From NCBI RefSeq assembly GCF_006345805.1, contig NC_043004.1:75764001-75828000 (forward strand): a stretch of 64,000 bases of DNA, in the 5' to 3' direction. Under the pieces are notes generated by a model. It did no database searches. It was not told the DNA's origin and saw only the letters and a program-made list of their open reading frames with translations. The position numbers and the translations under genes were made by a program. Of the stretch, positions 1 through 12,336 are shown one piece after another; position 1 is the stretch's first letter; each line of letters begins with the position of its first letter. Source of the DNA: Octopus sinensis. Taxonomy: Eukaryota.

Positions 1-902
1 TGCATGTCTTCTTTCTTCTGTTCCCTGGCCTCTTCGATATAGCGTCAACAAATGTCAGCAGGAAACTTTTGTTCAATTAAAGCCTTTCAAGGCAGTATTC
101 CAGCATGGCCACAGTCCAGTAACTGAAACCAGTAAAAGATAAAAGATGACTGAAACACCTTTCTTGATAGGTTCCTGGAGTTAACCAGCAACCGAATTTA
201 TCTCTGAGTCTCAGAGTCTGCATTTACTTCTCTTACTTCATATCTCCAGTCAGTTTGCTAGCAGATGTATTAGTAATTTTTTGTGGTCTTTTCTGGGGTC
301 ATTTATAATGCTAAAATTCAACAGGATCAATAGCTTCTCTTGGCACAGGGCATTATGGGACTGCTTCATTAAATGTTATTCACACAAAGCCTTTATATGA
401 CTCATGAACAATGTGGGATTTGGATCATTCCTCAGATCAGTGTATTTAGAATAGGAAGGAAGCAGGGGGGAATAAAAATCCAACCTTGTTGTGAATCAAA
501 CAGATATCACTGAACTGCTAGTCGTGTATCTGACTCTGGCTTGTAATGGACCTAATAAGAAATATGGCCAAACCAATTTATTTCTGCATGATGTTGTCCT
601 TATGATGATGGACATCATCATCATTGTCATCTTGTTGATGATGATGAGTCTTTCATTCATTTGCCACATGGGCCCTTCATTCATATAAAATGTGTGTTAC
701 ATCATAGATTAGATTACATGATGTCGGGGAATATGTATGTATAGTGTGTTTGTATGTGTGTGTGTGTATGTATATATGTGTATATGTATATATATATATA
801 TATATATAAATGATAAAACTTACTTGGAAGAGGATGCGTGGTGTTCAATCATATAATATAAATAATATATATATATACATACATATATGTACTTACTTAC
901 AT

Positions 903-942
<40 letters not shown>

Positions 943-984
943 CATGTGACAGGCTTCTTTCAGTTTCCGTCTACCAAATCCACT

Positions 985-1564
985 GTGGAGGCACAGTGGT
1001 TAGTGCTTGTTGTTGTTGTTGTTAAGCAACAAGACGGGTCAGGGTGATTAGGTGATGGTCTAGGGCTTAGGGGCGGGAGACCCCAGACCTTGGAAAAAAA
1101 AGAACTTTGGTCATCTTGTTGTAGTCAAGGGCTCTTCGTTGACGCCTGATACCACTGGGAGGTGGCCCTCGAAGTCACTGGAAATGGAGATCTCCAGGTC
1201 CAAATTCTTGAACGGCATGGTTAGTGCAGCAGAGTCACAGTCGTAGGATCATGGTTTCGATTCCCAGACCAGGCGTTGTGAATGTTTATTGAGCGAAAAC
1301 ACCTAAAGTTCCATGAGGCTCCAGCAGGGGTTGGTGTTGAACCCTGCTGTACTCTTTCACAACAACTTTCTCTCAGTCTTTCTTCCTGTTTCTGTTGTAT
1401 CTGTATTTCAAAGGAGCCAGCCTTGTCACGCTGAATCTCCCCGAGAACTACATTAAAGGTGCACGTGTCTGTGGAGTGCTCAGCCACTTGCACGTTAATA
1501 TCATGAGCAGGCTGTTCCATTGATTGGATCAACAGGAACCCTCATTGTCGCAACTGACAGAGTG
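985..1564 (+). mobile_element. tRNA-derived SINE family D
   Basis: gtggaggc..tggttag head and gtttcgattcc B box; flanked by direct repeat ctaccaaatccact at 971-984 and 1565-1578. Confidence 0.85.
1007..1217 (-). mobile_element. 5'-truncated retroposon 3' end with (AAC)n tail
   Basis: (ttg)n run at left end; 10-bp TSD tggttagtgc at 997-1006 and 1218-1227. Confidence 0.75.
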
Positions 1565-1607
1565 CTACCAAATCCACTCACATAGCTTCGGTCAGCCTGC
1601 GGTTATA

Positions 1608-1833
1608 GGCAGGCAGAGACATTAGCACGCCGGGCAAAATGCGTAGCCATATTTCGTCTGCCACTATGTTCTGAGTTCAAATTCCGCTGAGGTCGACTTT
1701 GCCTTTCATCCTTTCGGGGTTGATAAATTAAGTACCAGTTACGCACTGGGGTCGATATAATCAACTTAATCTGTTTGTCTGTCCTTGTTTGTCCTCTCTG
1801 TGTTTAGCCCCTTGTGGGTAGTAAAGAAATAGG
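1608..1833 (+). mobile_element. SINE family B (central block resembles the Meta-SINE domain)
   Basis: gagttcaaattcc B box then gtcgactttgcctttcatcctttcgggg..gataaattaagtaccag; ggttata repeated at 1601-1607 and 1832-1838. Confidence 0.85.
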
Positions 1834-2588
1834 TTATAATAGATGTTGCTTGCCCGGTGTGCCACCCAGTGGGACTGAACTCAGAACTATGTAGTTGGGG
1901 AAACAAGCTTCTTACCACACTGCAGCACCTGATCCTTTGTATTTACTAAATATTTTTGCACATACAATGATCTGCGTGTGAAAATCACAAAGTCAATGTC
2001 CACGAATACTTATTCGCCATTGACAAATGGGAACATTAAGAGAATCTTCCTGACTGCTGGTGGTATACCTCGACTGTTTGCAATATATTATACAACATAT
2101 TTCTACATACATGCACTGCTATATATACGCATTTGTTTCTATGTTCATGTTGTATATAGCAAGCAATCTTCGTGCTAATGTTTCTGTGTTTGTCATCTCT
2201 GATTTTTTTCATATGAATTATGAGATTCTGTAAGCGATTTTTTTTTTTTTTTCTCTCCGTTTCTTGTAAAAATCTCTTGCTGTTTCTCTTTTATCCATGA
2301 AATACATCTATCTTAGGCATCGTATGGCTATTACAACAACAACAACAACAACAAGTGTAAGTAAAGCAGCAACAACCGACTACTGTTGCTGTGGATAAAG
2401 CTATTTATCTTTTCTAATTGATTTCTTTGATTTCCAGTATTTTATCGAGAGTTTTATGACTATTCATGGCAAAGAGGGAATTCTCTTAACTACGACAGCA
2501 CAAAAAAAAAGAGAAAAAAAAGAAATTGTTATAAACAAATTCAGCATCATAAAGTGTCTCCTCCATAACCTTGCTTTGGTGCTAAATA

Positions 2589-2829
2589 ATGTAGTAGTAG
2601 TAGTAGTAGCAGCAGCAGCAGTAGTAGTTGTGGTGGCTGTAGTAGTAGTGGTGGTGGTGGTGGTAGTCGTAGTAGTAGTGGTAGTGGTGGCAGTAGTAGT
2701 AGTAGTAGCAGTGGTAGTAGTAGTAGTAGTGGCAGTGGTAGTAGTAGTAGTAGTAGTAGTAGTGACAGTGGTAGTAGTAGTAGTAGTATTTTAGCAGCAG
2801 CAGCAGCAATGGTAGTAGTAGTAGTAGTA
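2589..2829 (+). repeat. Imperfect (GTA/GTG/GCA)n microsatellite
   Basis: Visible trinucleotide run; source of the poly-V, poly-L and poly-Y ORFs. Confidence 0.95.
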
Positions 2830-3535
2830 ACTTTATTTTTTATTTTTTGTCTTATACCCACTGTTTGCAACATAGGCCCAGGATAGGGGTCCACACACTT
2901 TTGGCAAGAGAGTATGTGGGCTGCATGCCGTATTTGGCTGGCATCTGGTTTTATCACACTTGGACAGGTGGAAGGTTTTGGTGAAATTTGAACTCAGAAT
3001 GTAAATGGATGCAAAGTATTTCTCTACCACTTCTACCACTGCTCTTTGCTCTTGTTATATTAATAAACTAATAAATGTTCGTTTAATTCGTTATGACAGA
3101 GTATACACAAAAATAAAAATGGAAATTTAGCCCTTCACATTATTGATTTCCGTAGGAAAAGCTTGATTAAAGAATTAAACTACATATGAATCATCAGTAA
3201 AGCCCCCTCCTGCCTCCCCTCCAGCTGTTGGATGTGCTTCATTGACTTGCATGAAAGGTGACTGGCTCAAATAAAGCCTGCATAATGGCCGAGCATTAAA
3301 AGGCAGCAGCTGATATCTGCAACAGCAACAACAACTGCACTTGCGATGGACGTGTGATTGAAATAGTTGAGGAGTTGAGTGCTGGGTGAAAAGAGCAGCA
3401 TGCTAATAATAGAGGGTACTTGGGAGAAAGGAACAAATGCTGAATTTAGATGTAAGGGTGTTGGACATCAGAAACAAAATGATGCAAAATCTGTATGCAA
3501 ATGATGTTGCATGAACCCATAGGAAATTCAGTTAA

Positions 3536-4063
3536 CCCCTTAGCATTCAGATTCCACCATCAAATGTTATGCTTATTATTTACATCCATTATCATCATCA
3601 TTTAATGTCCGTTTTCCATACTGGCATGGCTTGGATGGTTTGATTGGAACTGGCAAGCCAGAAAGCTGTCCCAGGCATCAATTGTCAGCTTTGGAGTGGT
3701 TTCTATGGCTGGATGCCCTTCCTAATGCCAACCACTTTACAGAGTGTACTGGGTGCTTTTTATGTCACACCAACATAGGTGCTTTTTACGTGGTGGCCAG
3801 CACTGGTACTTACCACATGGCACCAGCACGGGTGCTTTATATGGATTGCCAGCATGGGTGCTTTTTTATGTGACACCTTCATGTGGCACTAATATGGGTG
3901 CTTTTATATGGCTCCAGCAGATTGTTTTAAATTAATCATGTCTTAACTTGTAGCTTTGAGGTTTCAATGATGTGATTGTTTATTTTTAGAATAACATTAT
4001 GAGGTAAGTATGATAAGCCTGATCTGTATTTGGCCAGATATGATTGGTTTTAATGCTAAACGG
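3536..4063 (+). mobile_element. piggyBac-type TTAA MITE interrupted by an RTE 3' end (~3587-3920, minus)
   Basis: ttaa-ccccttagcatt ... aatgctaaacgg-ttaa; body matches copies at 23043 and 47954. Confidence 0.8.
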
Positions 4064-4179
4064 TTAAATATACTTCTGGTTATAAAATCTCGTTTTTTAT
4101 TTATAGTTCAGTGTTTGGCTACTTTAATTCTTTTGTTACCATATTTCTGTTGAAATACAATAGTTTTGATTCAATTAAT

Positions 4180-4473
4180 CTCCGAACGTGATTGATGCCA
4201 GTGCCCCCTGACTGGCTCCTATGCTGGTGGCACGTAAAAAGCACTATCCAAACGTGATTGATGCCAGGCCCACCTGACTAGCTCCTGTGCTGGCGGCACT
4301 TTAAAAGCACCCACTACACACTTGGAGTGGTTGGCGTTAGGAAGGGCATCCAGCTGTAGAAACATTACCAGGTCAGATTGGAGCCTGGTGCAGCCTCCTG
4401 GCTTTTCAGCCCTCAGTCAAACCATGCAACCCATGCCAGCATGGAAAACAGATTTTAAACGACGATGATGATG
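4180..4473 (+). mobile_element. RTE LINE 3' end
   Basis: ggttggcgttaggaagggcatccagctgtagaaac motif and (GAT)n tail. Confidence 0.85.
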
Positions 4474-5871
4474 TCATACAAGTATGGAAAGGTGGATGTT
4501 AAATGATGATGCTGACAATGATGCTGATGATGATTTAGTAAAAGAACTGTCTATTGGTGCCAGTGTTTATTTGTTAGTGTGTCCAACAAAATGTTAAGAA
4601 GCATTTCATCTGGCTCTTTTATGTTCTAAGTTCAAATTCTGCCTAGGTTGACTTTGCCTCCATTCAGGGTCTCTACATAAAATAAGTACCTATTGTGGTT
4701 GATGTAACCACCCTTTTCTCTCTTCTGAAATTGCTGGTTTCATCCCAAAATTTGAAACAATTACTATTCTGTTGTTTAGAACCTAAATTAATGTGAAATT
4801 TTGAGGCCAAGTTTTGATTTAATTCACTTAAGCAGGAAGCTTGTCTCATAGAACCAGGAGTGATTTCAAGCCAGTTGGTATCAAAATGGTTGATCCTGTA
4901 ACCAATTCTTCAGGCACCTCAGACCAATGCGGAAGACAATCTTTCCAGATGTCAATATATCAAAATCCATGGTGCTACTTGTTAATGTGTCAAAAGAGAG
5001 AAGAGGGAAAGAAACAGAAAGCCAAGTTGTTTGTCAGCCAAGTAGCAAGTTCAGAAGTAAAAAAAACAAAAAGACCCGTTGTGAGGTCGTGTAAAAAGAT
5101 GCAGTTAGCTAACATATTGACGTATTTGTTAAACGAATATTGATACACTGCATGTCATAAAACAACACTTGTTTATACGTCAAGTGGTCGCCTTTCATCT
5201 TCAAACGCACAATTTTCCAACTTTTAGCATTTTATTTTAAGCAGCATTTTTATGTTGTTTTCTTTTTTTTTTGTTACACACTTCCATCTTTTACATAAAA
5301 CAATCATTATGGATCACTCATTGATTAGACTGATCAACATCTGTCAGTCCTAAATCATTGAAAGTAAATCAACAAAAATCTATTTTTATTTTCATTTTAC
5401 TTGGTTTTTGTTTTTGATTTCAGAATTTTGTATTCAAGCTCTAACAGATTTTATTTGTCTTTTTTATGTGTTTCTGTTCTCTAAAATATCAGCACTACAT
5501 TAACTCCACAACCTATTTTGGCTTGGTATCATTCACAATTTTCTAGTTATATTCCTTTAAACCTCTCTCTCTGACACACACGTTTTGCACATACGTAAAA
5601 GATTTCTTTTTTTAGCTAAACACAGACAAGAGCTTTTCATTTTTTTTTTATAACAGGAGTAATATAAGTGAAGGATACCACTAGCCTCTGTATTAATGAT
5701 ATTTTTTTTACATACACAATTTGCGCTGAAGGCTGATGCAAATTCTGGCAGAAATTGAAATTCAGAACATAGAAATTATAAGAATCATCTCCATTTAACC
5801 TTTTACCATTTAATCCAAATATTCTACCTGTTTTTATGTTCAAACAAGGCAGATCTCGCATCTGACACCTT

Positions 5872-6545
5872 CATCATCATCATCATTGTCGTCATCATTT
5901 AACATCTGTTGTCCATGCTGGAATGGGCTGGACAGTTTGACTGAAGACTGGCAAGCCAGGAGGCTGCACCAGGCTCCAATCTGATCTGACAAGGTTTCTA
6001 TAGCTGGATGCCCTTCCTCATGCCAACCACTTTACAGAGTGTACTGGGTGCTTTTACATGCCACCAGAACGTGAGCTGGTTGCATGACACCAGTATTCGC
6101 CACGTTTATGATTTCACTTGGCTTGATGGGTCTTCTTGAGCACGGCATATTGCCAAAGATCTCAGTCATTTGTCATTGCCTCCATGAAGCTCACAGTTTG
6201 GATATCATGCTTCACCACCTCGAAAGGTGCTTTTTATGTGACATTAGTGAAGGCGTATCAGGACAATTACCCCCCCCCCCCATATGACAATCCCCCCCCC
6301 CCGACAACAACTACCCCCTAAGACAATTACCCCACCTCCCTTAGTTAATTACCCCCTCTCCAATATATTAAGTTTTAAATCATCATCTGTTGTCCTCAGG
6401 GCTAATTGTCCTTGGTCAGGTAAATGTTCTATACTCGTCAAAGGTGCCAGTTATGTGACACTGGCATCAGCCACATTGCCTCTGTGAGGCCCAACACTCG
6501 ACAGGTGCTTTTTATGTGCCACCAGTATGGGTGCCAGATGCCTCT
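5872..6545 (-). mobile_element. RTE LINE 3' end, interrupted at 6260-6412
   Basis: (CAT)n at left, ctggatgcccttcc motif, gcctctgtgaggcccaac segment from the ORF end. Confidence 0.75.
6260..6412. mobile_element. Small inverted-repeat (MITE-like) element
   Basis: aggacaattacccc at left versus gggctaattgtcct at right; internal repeats of gacaattacccc. Confidence 0.55.
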
Positions 6546-6546
6546 G

Positions 6547-6578
<32 letters not shown>

Positions 6579-7169
6579 CTAGAGAGATAGAAGATACGAG
6601 AACTATCAACCACCACAACTGACTGCTATGAAAAAGTCATCCTGTCTTTTGAATCTATGAGATCATGCATAATTAATTCAAAACAATATGAATGAATAAT
6701 CGTTACATTTGACAGGACAATCTGAATGCTAAAGAGATGAAGTCTGCATTTCTATTATTGTAAGGATCAGATGGAATTTGTTGGGGCAGGTTTTCGATGG
6801 TTGGATGCTATCCCTGTTGCTAATCCTCACCTATTTCCAAGCAAGGGAATATTTTCTCTGTGGCCAGACACATTTGCCACAAAAGACTAGAAATAAACAA
6901 AATCGATTGAATGATGATGGCGCTCTTTTACAACCATGATGCTAAGATAAGTGTACACACAAAAATACCCACAACCACTCATACATGACATACACATATA
7001 CATATTTGTGTGTGTATATGAATATGTACATATATACGTGGCAAGTTTCCACACAGTTTCCATCTACCAGATTCACTGACAAGGTTTTGGTTGGTCTGGG
7101 GCTATAGTAGAAGACACACGTGCAAGGCATTGCACCGTATAATCAAGAATAAATCATGAATGAATGTTC

Positions 7170-7873
7170 ATTTCTATTCTAGGCACAAGGCTTGAAATTT
7201 TGGGGGAAGGGGCTAGTCAATTAGATCGACCCTAGTACGCAACTAGTACTTAATTTATCGACCCCGAAAGGATGAAAGGCAAAGTCGAACTTGTCGGAAT
7301 TTAAGACCTGTTGGGGCAAGTGAAATCGAAATTGAAACAAATTCGATGACTGGCACCCGTGCCAGTGGAGCACTAACAGCTCCATCCAAGCGGGATCACT
7401 GCCAGAACAGCTGTCTGGCACGTAAAGAGCACTACTTGAGCATGATCGTTGTCAGCGTCACCTCACTGGCACGTGAACAAAACATTCAAGCGAGGTCGTT
7501 GCCAGTGCTGCTCGACTGACTCTTGTGCAGGTGGCACATAAAAAACACCATTTTTGAGCATGGCTGTTGCCAGTACCGCCAGACTGGCCCTCGTGCCGGT
7601 GGCACTTTAAAAGCGCCCACTACACTCTTGGAGTGGTTGGCGTTAGGAAGGGCATCCAGCTGTAGAAACTCTGCCAGATCAGATTGGAGGAGCCTGGCAC
7701 AGCCATCTGGTTCGCCAGTCCTCAGTCAAATCGTCCAACCCATGCTAGCATGGAAAGCCGATATTAAACGATGATAATAATGATGATGATGATGATGATG
7801 ATGAACATAAAGACAGACGAGGTACTGCTAAGCATTTCGCCCGGCGTGCTAACGTTTCTGGCAGCTCACTGCT
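7170..7873 (-). mobile_element. SINE family B split by a plus-strand RTE 3' end (~7308-7802)
   Basis: B body 7170-7307 resumes at ~7803 (gaacataaagacagacg); insert ends in (GAT)n. Confidence 0.8.
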
Positions 7874-8615
7874 TTAATCATAAATAAATATTGTAAAAGC
7901 ATTTAGTCAAACTGCCATTTCCTCCAACTTTTTTTCCTAAATTACATTAAAGATTAAAGGGTTTTCTTTTTCTCTTCTGACATTCTTTTTTTTTTATTTT
8001 ATTTATGCTTTTTAATTGTTTGTGTTTTTCTAATCTATCATTGCTTGGTTGCTTCAGCAATATTTCAACACTTGCAAAAATGTTCATAGCAAGTGTTTTG
8101 TGACTGACTACTTTTCTTAACACCAATTAACCATTTAACATTGTATCTAGAGTTAATTGTTAATTAACTTTCCATTGCCATGGGTTTGATGTATTTGCCA
8201 ATTCAAACATTTACAAGAATTCTTTGAGTCAGTTTCTTTTTTTTTTTTATTGTTGAGATCTAAATATAATGTTAATTCTGATTTTAATTACTTGCTAACT
8301 AAGTTGGCACAACAAGTTCTGTGTAATCTGCTTAACAAAGGAATTACAAATACCATCTGAAACCGTAATTGCAATATGTCAACTGGTACCGCTGTGACAT
8401 GCTGGAGAAATTGGTTGAATGTTCCATTCAAAAATGCAGGATCTTAAACTTAAACAGATATTGATGCATGAAGGAACATGGCCTTGTGGTTAGACATGTT
8501 GCACTCACAATTGTGAGACTGTTGATTTCAATTCCCAGATTGGCTGCATGTTGTGTTCTTGAAGAAAACACTTCACTTCACTTCCAGTTTTCTCTGCTCT
8601 AAATGGCTAACTCTT

Positions 8616-8942
8616 GTGAAGGCTCATGGCTTAGTGGTTAGAGTAATCAGGTCATGATCATAAGGTCAGGAGTTCAATTCCCAGCCATGCATTGCATCCT
8701 TGAGCAAGACACTTTATTTCACATTGCTGCAGTCCACTCAGCTGGCAAAAATGAGTAGTACCTGTATTTCAAAAGAACCAGCCTTGTCACATTCTGTGTC
8801 AAACCAAATCTCCTTGAGAACTACATTAGGGATACACACATGTCTGTAGAGTGCTCAGCCATTTACACATTAATTCCACAAGCAGGCTCTTCCATTGATT
8901 GGATCAACTGGAAACCTCATCATCGTAACCGACAGAGTGCTA
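8616..8942 (+). mobile_element. tRNA-derived SINE with a different head/core but the family D tail
   Basis: tggcttagtggttag A box, gagttcaattccc B box, ccttgagcaagacac core; tail shared with 1400-1564. Confidence 0.75.
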
Positions 8943-8956
8943 GTTAAATGGTTAAC

Positions 8957-9543
8957 TCCTTTGATTTCATCCCATGTCTTCCTAGGTCCTCCTCTTCTAC
9001 GGGTTTCTTCCACATTTAAAAATCAGCATTTCTTTTACGTCTCTGTTTTCAAGTCTATGCATCACATGACCAGTGCAGTCTTCTCACTTGCACACTACAT
9101 CTGATGCCTCTTGTACTCAATTTTTCTTTCATAGTGCCGGTGGAACGTAAAAGAACCTCGACTGGCACTTAAAAAGCACCCACTACACCCACGGAGTGGT
9201 TGGCGTTAGGAAGGGCATCCAGCTGTAGAAACACTGCCAGATCAGACTGGGCCTGGTGCAGCCTCCTGGCTTCCCAGACCCCGGTCGAACCATCCAACCT
9301 TTGCTAGCATGGAAAGCGGACGTTAAACGATGATGATGATGATGAACACATATACATTTGCTGTACATACACATTGACACTGCACATCCAGTGGAGTATT
9401 CTGGCCTCGTTTCTTTCAACCTTTCACATGTCCTCTACAATCGCAGCCCATGTTTCACTACCTTGTCACACAGATGATCGTACACAGTCACCATACAATC
9501 TGCATTTCACTCTGAGTGAGAGGCCATTTGTGTTTGTAACCAT
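8957..9543 (-). mobile_element. Old RTE ORF fragment interrupted by an opposite-strand RTE 3' end (~9131-9347)
   Basis: Minus-strand translation gives GLSLRVKCRLY..GSETWA..ERNEARILHWMC and GPRKTWDE, matching the RTE at 43.3-43.9 kb. Confidence 0.8.
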
Positions 9544-10034
9544 TTGTTTTTATTACTTTCTGTCTCTCTACTGTAAACACCCAAATAAAACTGGTAAGAT
9601 TTTGTAGATTTTTATCATGTTTTATTAATTTATTTATTTTAATCTCCTTGGTTGATTCTTCCTGATAGGCTATATAGACTAGCTCGGAACAAAAGAAAAC
9701 TCTCATCATGGATAAACTTGCAAGCAATAACTTAATATTTTCATTTCAATGCAATGTTTGATCATTCTGCAAGTATTTCCAATTGTCCATATTGTAGCAA
9801 TAACCATGGATTATGGTCAGTGTATCTTGTTTGCTGTTAAAATTTTTATTATCATTTTTATATTTTGGTGTCACTGAAGAATTTGATTCTAAAATTCCAT
9901 TAAATAATGGTTTGTGACTTAGTCGTTACAGCACATCGATTCTCAGGGACCATTGGTTCCAAACCCTTTCCAGATTATTGATTTTTTTTTTCCCAAATCA
10001 GAGGTGGTGGTCACATGTAAATGAAACAAAGAAA

Positions 10035-10225
10035 ATTACTATTTGTGAATCTCACAAGGAGAGATATTCAGCAACACTACTTTGGAGTAAGGATTATTTG
10101 CCAACATAACATGGCATTCCTGGTTTAGGACGAGTGTTGGTGTAATTCAGCCCCAGGAGACATCATCTCCAGCTGGTTATAAAACACGATCTGTGTCTAT
10201 ATTTTCGAACAAGGGAATCTAGCAC
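10035..10225 (-). mobile_element. Partial copy of the putative Penelope-like family at 21.1-21.5 kb
   Basis: Near-identical ttggagtaaggattatttgccaacataacatggc..ccagctgg block. Confidence 0.65.
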
Positions 10226-10242
10226 ACAAACATGCATTCATA

Positions 10243-10369
10243 GGCGCAGTAGTAGCTGTGTGGTAAGTAGCTTGCTTACCAACCACATGGTTCTGGGTTC
10301 AATCCCACAGCATGACACCTTGGGCAAATGTCTTCTACTATAGCCTTGGACTGACCAAAGCCCATCGTG

Positions 10370-10400
<31 letters not shown>

Positions 10401-10581
10401 GCACGTGTGTATGTTTGTGTGTCTGTGTTTCTCCTCGTAACTTAGTAGTTCAGCAAAAGTGACTGATAGAATAAGTACTAGGCTTACAAAGAATAAGTCC
10501 TGAGGTAGATTTGTTCAACTAAAAGGTAGTGCTCCACCATGGCCGCATTCAAATGACTGAAACAAATAAAAGAATAAAAGA
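10243..10581 (+). mobile_element. SINE family C
   Basis: ggcgcagtagtagctgtgtggtaag head, caccttgggcaa core, internal (TA/TG)n, taaaagag tail. Confidence 0.85.
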
Positions 10582-11849
10582 GAATATATATATATATATG
10601 TATATATAATGTACTGTTCCATGATGATAAGAACAAGCAAAAAAAGTGCTCCATCTAGTGAGAGATAAATATTATTTAATAGACACAATACATGCTTTTA
10701 TGTGCTACTAATAGTTTCCTATGTTGAGAACATGCCAAACAAAGTTTTATAACATGTTTTACACACACACATACACACAAACCAAGCTTCTTTCAGTTTG
10801 TCTACCAAATCCACTCCCAAGTCTTTGATTGTCCTGGTGCTATTGTAGAAGAGACTTGCTTAAGATGTCACACAGTGGGAAATGAATCTGAATGAATAAA
10901 AGACCGCATAGTCGGGAATCGGTCTTGTTAACCCCACTTCCACACCTGCACCTCTGAAGTATAATTTGAGAGTCATTTGTTTGCTCTTTCTAGCAAGTCA
11001 TGCGATTATGTAAAGGCTCCATCTATGGATCAATTACGGAAACTAATGTTGAATTAGCGGTAGTATATAAATAAATAAATCTACTGTTCTGATTACTCAA
11101 ACCTTAAAAAAGATAATCAAAACCCAAGAAAAGGCAAGACGTATCTATTCAGCTGTCATGTCTTTGTCACATGCAAAGGAAGAGTCGCAGCTTTTGTATT
11201 TGATCAGATGAGAAAAATACCTACTTTTTTCTGTCTCTATTATCTTTCATTAGGAATTTACTCTCAGCCTAGTTTGTTCTACATTGAGGAAATTAATCCA
11301 TTGTCTTGAAGTTTAACAGCTAAAATCAGTTAATAATCATAGTGCACAAACAAGAGGAATTCACAAAGGATAAATAAATAAAGAAATAAATAACTGAAAA
11401 AAAACTCTCTGAAACTGGTTTCAGTCACTCCTTAGAATACCAAAAAAAAAAAAAAAAAACAGAAAAAAATATTGGTGTTTCTGTATTTTATTAACTGAAA
11501 AATAACATGTTGGTTCAGGCCTCGCTTTATAAACGATGCTGTCAGAATGACTCATTGGAGATATAACTAAAGTATTTCAGTATTTCAATGTTGCATACGT
11601 CAGCGAGTCATGAGGTCTAACGTTTTTAGGTGAAATGGGGGGGGGGGGGCAGATGGAGATTGTGATTCACAGATCTCTTTCTAGGGAGCATTGGTGGTGA
11701 TGTAAGATGGAAGCAAAACAACTGCAACCAGAAACTTTTCGGTTGTACAATTGGCTCACTGAAAGCTCCACTTAAAAATCTAAAACATTCAGTTATGTGT
11801 GTGCTGTATGTTTGTATTTATATATGCATATATATGTATATACACGTAT

Positions 11850-11904
<55 letters not shown>

Positions 11905-12336
11905 AATATAAATAATATATAAATATAAATAATATATAAATATAATGCATATATACATACATATATGTACATACCTACATATATATGTATATATACATGC
12001 CTATATGGGTACAGGACATCAAAAAAGCATTGAACACAATGAGAAACGAAAACATAGAAATGAATTTTTTTTCGAACAATGAAAAAAAACAGAGAAATGA
12101 GACATACAACATAAAGAATATTCCCCTTCTTCAGTTGTCCCTGTTTCATCTACTCCACAATTCGAAGGCAAGGACAAGACACGATTTCATTGAAACAGTC
12201 CTTCCCGCAAATATATACACACACATACATACATATATATATATATATATTTATATGTGTGCACATGCATACACACATTTGCAGTGGGGTGCAAAAGTAG
12301 GTTGCAGTTATGAAAAATAGAAAACATGTACATTAT

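Larger units (their letters stand above)
945..1931 (-). mobile_element. tRNA-derived SINE family C, split by two later insertions
   Basis: Pieces 945-984, 1565-1607 and 1834-1931 join into the reverse complement of intact family C copies (e.g. 16839-17252). Confidence 0.8.

Noticed and set aside
4841-5143. Possible piggyBac C-terminal Cys-rich relic
   Set aside because: It needs several frameshifts and substitutions to recover the motif, and no TIR or TTAA end was found
11636-11650. Poly-G and poly-C runs (also 6270-6300, 50841-50853) as G-quadruplex elements
   Set aside because: Simple homopolymers that are error-prone in sequencing, with no functional context
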